Shown: positions 27,660-32,000 of the stretch, piece after piece
Layout of the letters: every line of letters starts with the position of its first letter
How positions within the stretch are numbered: the stretch's first letter is position 1
Assembly (NCBI RefSeq): GCF_000015945.1
Contig: NC_009033.1
Coordinates: forward strand, 540,001 to 572,000
DNA: 32,000 nucleotides
Direction: 5' to 3'
From: Staphylothermus marinus F1
GTDB lineage: Archaea; Thermoproteota; Thermoprotei_A; Sulfolobales; Desulfurococcaceae
Notes under the pieces: model-generated
Databases searched by the model: none
What the model was told of the DNA's origin: nothing
Seen by the model: the letters and a program-made list of their open reading frames with translations, nothing else
Program-made: the position numbers and the translations under genes

Positions 27660-27937
27660 TATCTTATTGGAGCATATTATTAGGTCTTACACTCATAGAA
27701 GCAGTACTAGTCTCATGGTTCCTATTAATAGTTTGGAAGATCAGGAAAATGGGGCCCATAGGCATAAGACTAGCCGGTATATCCATAATATTCATCCTCC
27801 AAACCATACTATCCTTCTGGACCTATATTTACTGGATGGAAGAAGGATACGGAAAAGACTTGGCAGGACCCCTAATAATATACCACCTACTAATAATCAG
27901 CGGAATAGCCCTCCTACTAGACATAGTAAGAAAATAA
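27656..27937 (+). CDS. Small integral membrane protein
   Basis: 93-aa ORF with three hydrophobic helices. Its ATG overlaps the ArsR gene stop (ATGA, 4-nt overlap). I prefer it over the overlapping R/H/N/P-rich ORF 27646..27948. Confidence 0.55.
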   Translation: MISYWSILLGLTLIEAVLVSWFLLIVWKIRKMGPIGIRLAGISIIFILQTILSFWTYIYWMEEGYGKDLAGPLIIYHLLIISGIALLLDIVRK

Positions 27938-28030
27938 GTCATCATTAAGAACCCATATATTTCTAAACATTTCTCACAATACAAAACGTTTTAATGAAAC
28001 GTTAAGAATAAAATTTTTATCACAATATTC

Positions 28031-28760
28031 CTAGTGTTTTTCTAGTATTTTTTCCAATGCATAACCCCATTCATCTTTTAGCTTGTATTTCTCCCTTTCA
28101 TATCTCCACTTATCACCTAGCTCTGGTTCCGTAGGCATTGGCGCTGAGTATTTCTCCACAAACCCTAGGATCAATCTTTAACAAGTCGTAAACCATATTC
28201 TCAGCATCTGCCACAGGGTTATCTGCTTCATCCTCTTTAATCTCGTTCTCTACTCCTTGAGAATTCTTTCGGCATCATCAAACGTTACCTCCTCGCCGTT
28301 CCTTAGAAGCTCTCTTAGATCACTCGGTATCTCCTGTACATAGCCTAGTATCAAGGCATAAGTGATCTTATCTATCGAGTAGGCAACAAAGTACATGAGC
28401 TCCTCTTGCTCCGTGGCAAAACTATTTATGAATTCCGCTTTACGAACTCAGGTAATTTTCTTGCTTACAAGTTTAATGTTGATATACTAGTTAATCCTCA
28501 TCCAGAAGACCAGATCACCGCTATTACCCTGATTATCATAAGGCGCCATATGTCGAAATAGATGAGCTTGCCCGTCTATCTTTTGATTGTAGAGAATAAT
28601 TTTCTCCAAAATCTCTTAATCGATAATTAAAAACACCATCTCGATAAACCAAAACACCATGGCTTTGGTGTCCACGAGATCCTAGTAGTAGCATCTAAAC
28701 CTGAAGAGAGCGAGGAAAGCATAGGTACTATTAGACCTGCAATGCGTCAAGTGGATACAT
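28031..28760 (-). pseudogene. Decayed gene(s) of unknown function, multiple frameshifts/stops
   Basis: The track shows no ORF of 60 aa or more over about 860 bp of an otherwise dense genome. Hand translation of the minus strand gives consecutive protein-like segments in different frames:
- ...VRKAEFINSFATEQEELMYFVAYSIDKITYALILGYVQEIPSDLRELLRNGEEVTFDDAERILKE*
- GVENEIKEDEADNPVADAENMVYDLLKIDPRV...
- EPELGDKWRYEREKYKLKDEWGYALEKILEKH* (stop at 28031-28033). Confidence 0.4.
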
Positions 28761-28818
28761 TTTTCTAAAATGATTAAAAAATAGTATCTGAATGAGATCA
28801 TTGAGGTAACGAGGATAG

Positions 28819-29298
28819 GTGATCAATAAGAGGCTTGTGTGCTTTACGGATAAGGGCTTCTGCAGATACTACATGGGGTTGCGTGAAACAACAAAGCATT
28901 GTGAATGGAGATATTTCTCAAGTAAAACGCTAAGTCTCCTAGAAGAAATTGCTCCTAGAAAGATAAGCAAGCACCTGCCCAGGAGATATGCTGAAAAACA
29001 CGGTCTACTCCTACCAAAGTATGTAAGGAAGACTGCATGGAGACTAATGATAAAAACAATGAACATGGAGGTAGCGAGATTCATACAGTCAAGATTCGGG
29101 GAGCTGAGGGTAAGCGAAGCTAGATATGAAGATCTGATCAGCCTCGCTGACCAGGCATATCCCATCTTTCTGAAGCACCTAACTGAAATTGCTCTTATCA
29201 ATTACCAGTGGTACGAGGTCAATCCTACCCATACTACGTACATTCTTAGGAACTCGATATATTCTCCTTATATTAACAATAGTAATAACTTTTTATAA
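28819..29298 (+). mobile_element. Tyrosine-recombinase (archaeal integrase)-like C-terminal fragment
   Basis: 159-aa ORF with a GTG start. The segment LPKYVRKTAWRLMIKTMNMEVARFIQSRFGELRVSEARYEDL aligns by eye to tyrosine-recombinase box II (HxLRHtfat.ll..G..l..iq.lLGH....t..Y), with a candidate catalytic Tyr in EARY. No N-terminal, core-binding or box I region is present, so it looks truncated. Confidence 0.35.
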
Positions 29299-29517
29299 AA
29301 CTGTAATAAGTGATAAAAACTTTAGGTTAACCACTGTGCATAATTAGAAAATATTTTTTGATCCTAAAACGCGATACAAAGTAAGTCTGTACATGGCAGA
29401 ACAGACATTAGGCAATCTATGGAGAGTTAGCAGAATTAATTATAAACAGAGACAAGATATGCTTAATTGAATATGATCAATAAAAGAGAGTTTCTAGCCT
29501 AGCTTAAACTTGTTATA

Positions 29518-30888
29518 TTATAATAAAAGAACTTTATTCAGTATGTTCTTAACAATGTTTATATTATATTTTTCACGTTTTCTTAGTGGTTTCAGTTGGA
29601 GTACTAGTATTCTTTGTTCATCGTTGATTTTTATTTCTTTTGGTTCTTGATTAGTTTCTACTAATATTTTTTCATATATTATTCTGTCTTCTTCATCAGG
29701 TGGCGTTCTTTTTAATAGGCTGGGATATGTTAGTATGCCTATTTTTGCTTTGAATAGAGTTATGTAGCTAATTACTTTGAATATTCCTTGACTGAGATAT
29801 GAGGGGCTTCTCGAGAATTTTGCTTCTATTATAATTGTTTCTTTATTCTTTATTGTCGTGTCTGGTATTGCTTTTATCGGTGCTTCTAATGCAACATTAT
29901 ATAGTACCTCTAGCTTCTTATCATTTACTCTTGCAAGCACTCTTTTAGGTTTAATCAGATCTATATCTGCTCCCAGCTCCTTTAATGCTCTTAACACTAT
30001 GTATAAGTTGTAGATCTCATAGAGTTTAAACGAGTATATTTTAAATGCTTGCTCGATCCCACTCGGCTTATCTATTAAACGATCAAGTCCACCAATTACT
30101 AAATCAATGATTTTATCCAGATTTCTTTCTAATTCATTATCCAAATAGTATTTATAAACAAGATCAAGTAAACGATCAACCCATTCAGGCCTCCACCCAG
30201 CAGCTTCGACCTCATTTACCAATTCCAATATAGGCTCTACTGATTCTGTTGTATAGAGGTACATGGGTATCTTTTCGAGAAAGCTGTTATGAAGGAATAA
30301 TTCTAGCTGTCTCATGTGTTTCTTTAACCTTTTATAGAGGAATTTTAATCCTTCCAATCCTCTTGACGCTTTTGCTGAAATATCTTTCTCTACTTCAAGT
30401 TTCTTTTTGATCCCCCCCAACCTTTCCATTGCCTTCTTTAATCTATCATATGTATAATCAACTATTGCTCTTAATAGTAGGTTTTCCGGAGAAGTTAATG
30501 TGTAGCTAATCACTTTCTGTGCAATAGGTCTTCCTATAATTATATTTCTTAGTGTATTAGGCCAGTCAATAATACCTCTAACGTTCCATTCCTCAATACT
30601 GCCAAGTACGCGTTTTTGAATGAGCATTGTGTTAGCTTCCTCGATTATCTCTACAAGCTCCTCAGCAAGACTGTTAAGCCTCAATAAATATAATATAAAC
30701 TGGACAATGGGCTTAGCATCAAAAGGCGTGTCACGCCTTTTCTCAATGATCTCCTCAAGTTCTTTTCCAGATAAAAATAGTTTAAATGGGTTCAGTTCGA
30801 GAGATACATATAAATCAATTATTGCATCATGCATGTATGAAACGTATTTGTACCATAGTTTATTGCGTTGATTTCTTTTCGAAGACAC
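29518..30888 (-). CDS. McrC-like protein with C-terminal PD-(D/E)xK nuclease motif
   Basis: 456-aa ORF with an McrC-family-like N-terminal block (VRGIIDWPNTLRN...SPENLLLRAIVDY) and a C-terminal AIPDTTIKNKETIIIEAKF (PD...ExK). It overlaps the upstream AAA+ gene by 29 nt; an alternative Met 18 codons downstream would remove the overlap. Confidence 0.7.
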   Translation of the reverse strand: MSSKRNQRNKLWYKYVSYMHDAIIDLYVSLELNPFKLFLSGKELEEIIEKRRDTPFDAKPIVQFILYLLRLNSLAEELVEIIEEANTMLIQKRVLGSIEEWNVRGIIDWPNTLRNIIIGRPIAQKVISYTLTSPENLLLRAIVDYTYDRLKKAMERLGGIKKKLEVEKDISAKASRGLEGLKFLYKRLKKHMRQLELFLHNSFLEKIPMYLYTTESVEPILELVNEVEAAGWRPEWVDRLLDLVYKYYLDNELERNLDKIIDLVIGGLDRLIDKPSGIEQAFKIYSFKLYEIYNLYIVLRALKELGADIDLIKPKRVLARVNDKKLEVLYNVALEAPIKAIPDTTIKNKETIIIEAKFSRSPSYLSQGIFKVISYITLFKAKIGILTYPSLLKRTPPDEEDRIIYEKILVETNQEPKEIKINDEQRILVLQLKPLRKREKYNINIVKNILNKVLLL

Positions 30889-31987
30889 TGTCTAGAACCT
30901 CGTTAACGTGTTTCCTAACTCTTCTATCCCACAATCTCGATAATGGCAGGGAGGTTTCAATGTATTTTCTAAGAACCTTGTCTAAATCTTCAATTTCTTT
31001 TCCACTTTTCTTTAAGCTAAGATATGTTGTGATAAAGGATTTAATAGCTCTATAGAGGTTTGCTGGACTTATCACTAGATATGTACTAGTTCCTTTCTCT
31101 GTTTTTGTATAAGAATTGTTAGTTTCCTTATACAATTTTTTCAGCTTCTCATCAATTAAGCTCCTAACATCCTTAATTATACTCTCTATTTCATTGATTC
31201 TAGGGCCTAGCTCTGCTTTTATGTTTTCATAGACCTTGTCTAGTAATTTGTCTATATTATTAGGTGGCTTGATCTCTACTATTGCGAATCTTCTTGCAAA
31301 CGCGTCGCCGAGTGTAAATAAGTTTCTTACATCAACTTGGTTCATGGTGGCAATTATTCTAAAATCTAACGGTACACGATAACCAATAACCTTATCTCCC
31401 ACTTTTACCTTAGCAAGATACTCTTTACCTTCATCATTTTCGTTTTCAAGATATTCTATGAACTTTTTAGCATATTTATCAGCCATGTCTTTTTCAACAT
31501 AGCTTCTTATCTCTTCAAAAAGCTCTTCTGGAATAATTCTTTCACTGGGGTTATGGCTTGAGAATATTAGGAAGAATTCAGCGAAAGCCTTATCAACATC
31601 TGCACGATTAACCTCATCTATTATAAGATAAACACCTCGAACCCCTGAGCTACACTCTTTATACATCTGTGAATTCTCGATATGCTTAACAATAGCTCTT
31701 ATCAAGAACCCACTCCGCCACCTAGCCTCCTTACCCTCAAGCATTAATCCCCCAATAACATCGTACCGGCTCCAATGAGCAGTGGCGACAACATAGTATG
31801 GTTCATAGCCTCTAGCAATAGCTATTTCTCTTGCAAGAGAAGTTTTACCCGTACCTGGATAACCCACAAGTAATACGTTCTCACCAGCATCAAGAAGACT
31901 ATTAATAAGCATAAGTATATCTTCATCAATGAAGAACTTTTTTGAAATATGATCCCTAATATCTTCATAACGGATTTCCTTATGCAT
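30860..31987 (-). CDS. McrB-like AAA+ (AAA_5 type) NTPase
   Basis: 375-aa ORF with Walker A GYPGTGKTS (residues 42-50), Walker B with the McrB-type extension YLIIDEVNRADVDKAFAEFF, and RIIATMN...LGDAFARRF. The frame stays open for the 13 nt between the ATG and the window edge, so an upstream extension cannot be excluded. Confidence 0.8.
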   Translation of the reverse strand: MHKEIRYEDIRDHISKKFFIDEDILMLINSLLDAGENVLLVGYPGTGKTSLAREIAIARGYEPYYVVATAHWSRYDVIGGLMLEGKEARWRSGFLIRAIVKHIENSQMYKECSSGVRGVYLIIDEVNRADVDKAFAEFFLIFSSHNPSERIIPEELFEEIRSYVEKDMADKYAKKFIEYLENENDEGKEYLAKVKVGDKVIGYRVPLDFRIIATMNQVDVRNLFTLGDAFARRFAIVEIKPPNNIDKLLDKVYENIKAELGPRINEIESIIKDVRSLIDEKLKKLYKETNNSYTKTEKGTSTYLVISPANLYRAIKSFITTYLSLKKSGKEIEDLDKVLRKYIETSLPLSRLWDRRVRKHVNEVLDSVFEKKSTQ

Positions 31988-32000
31988 ACATTTTGACGTA

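Noticed and set aside
27646-27948. A 100-aa ORF overlapping the ArsR gene 3' end and the small membrane protein gene in another frame.
   Set aside because: Its product is R/H/N/P/T-rich with no hydrophobic core. The alternative frame (27656..27937) encodes a coherent three-TM protein with an ATGA stop-start junction to the ArsR gene.
29381-29402. A small inverted repeat, GTCTGT-N10-ACAGAC, in the spacer between the integrase-like fragment and the McrC-like gene. It could be a terminator or a recombination site.
   Set aside because: The stem is only 6 bp with a 10-nt loop, there is no adjacent T-run, and no second copy exists. It is indistinguishable from chance.

Overview
This is an AT-rich, gene-dense archaeal chromosome segment. 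Several traits point to a hyperthermophilic crenarchaeon of the Desulfurococcales/Sulfolobales type (inference, not verified): GC-rich tRNAs set in AT-rich DNA, intron-containing tRNAs including one with a T-loop intron, an aRF1 gene, a ParB-fold serine-kinase homolog, and a 25-nt CRISPR repeat ending in GAATTGAAAG.

Positions 1-23.6 kb are mostly housekeeping genes:
- Translation and RNA: TsaC/YrdC, aRF1, RNA 2'-phosphotransferase.
- Regulation: two PhoU-domain proteins and a co-directional vWA-FHA-Ser/Thr kinase module.
- Metabolism: flavin reductase-like protein, IMPase/FBPase, M24 prolidase, SDR, and a serine-pathway cluster (class V aminotransferase, SerA-like dehydrogenase, SerK-like kinase).
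- Membrane and envelope: EamA transporter, polyprenol-kinase-like protein, GH99-like protein, and an HprK-like P-loop protein followed by NfeD and stomatin.

Four tRNA genes are present: initiator Met with a non-canonical T-loop intron, Leu-CAG, Ser-CGA with a 60-nt intron, and Arg-UCG.

From about 23.6 kb to the window end the character changes to a variable, defence-type region. It holds a tRNA pair, then a 15-repeat CRISPR array with no cas genes in view. After that come a frameshifted ORF, a secreted-repeat lipoprotein/ArsR/membrane trio, about 0.8 kb of decayed coding sequence and a tyrosine-recombinase-like C-terminal fragment. The window ends with an overlapping McrB-like AAA+ / McrC-like PD-(D/E)xK nuclease pair.

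The best candidates for follow-up are the McrBC-like module and its island context, the cas-less CRISPR array with its structured leader, the ArnA/ArnB-like vWA-FHA-kinase operon, and two GC-rich candidate small RNAs. All functional calls rest on motifs I recognised by eye; no searches were run.
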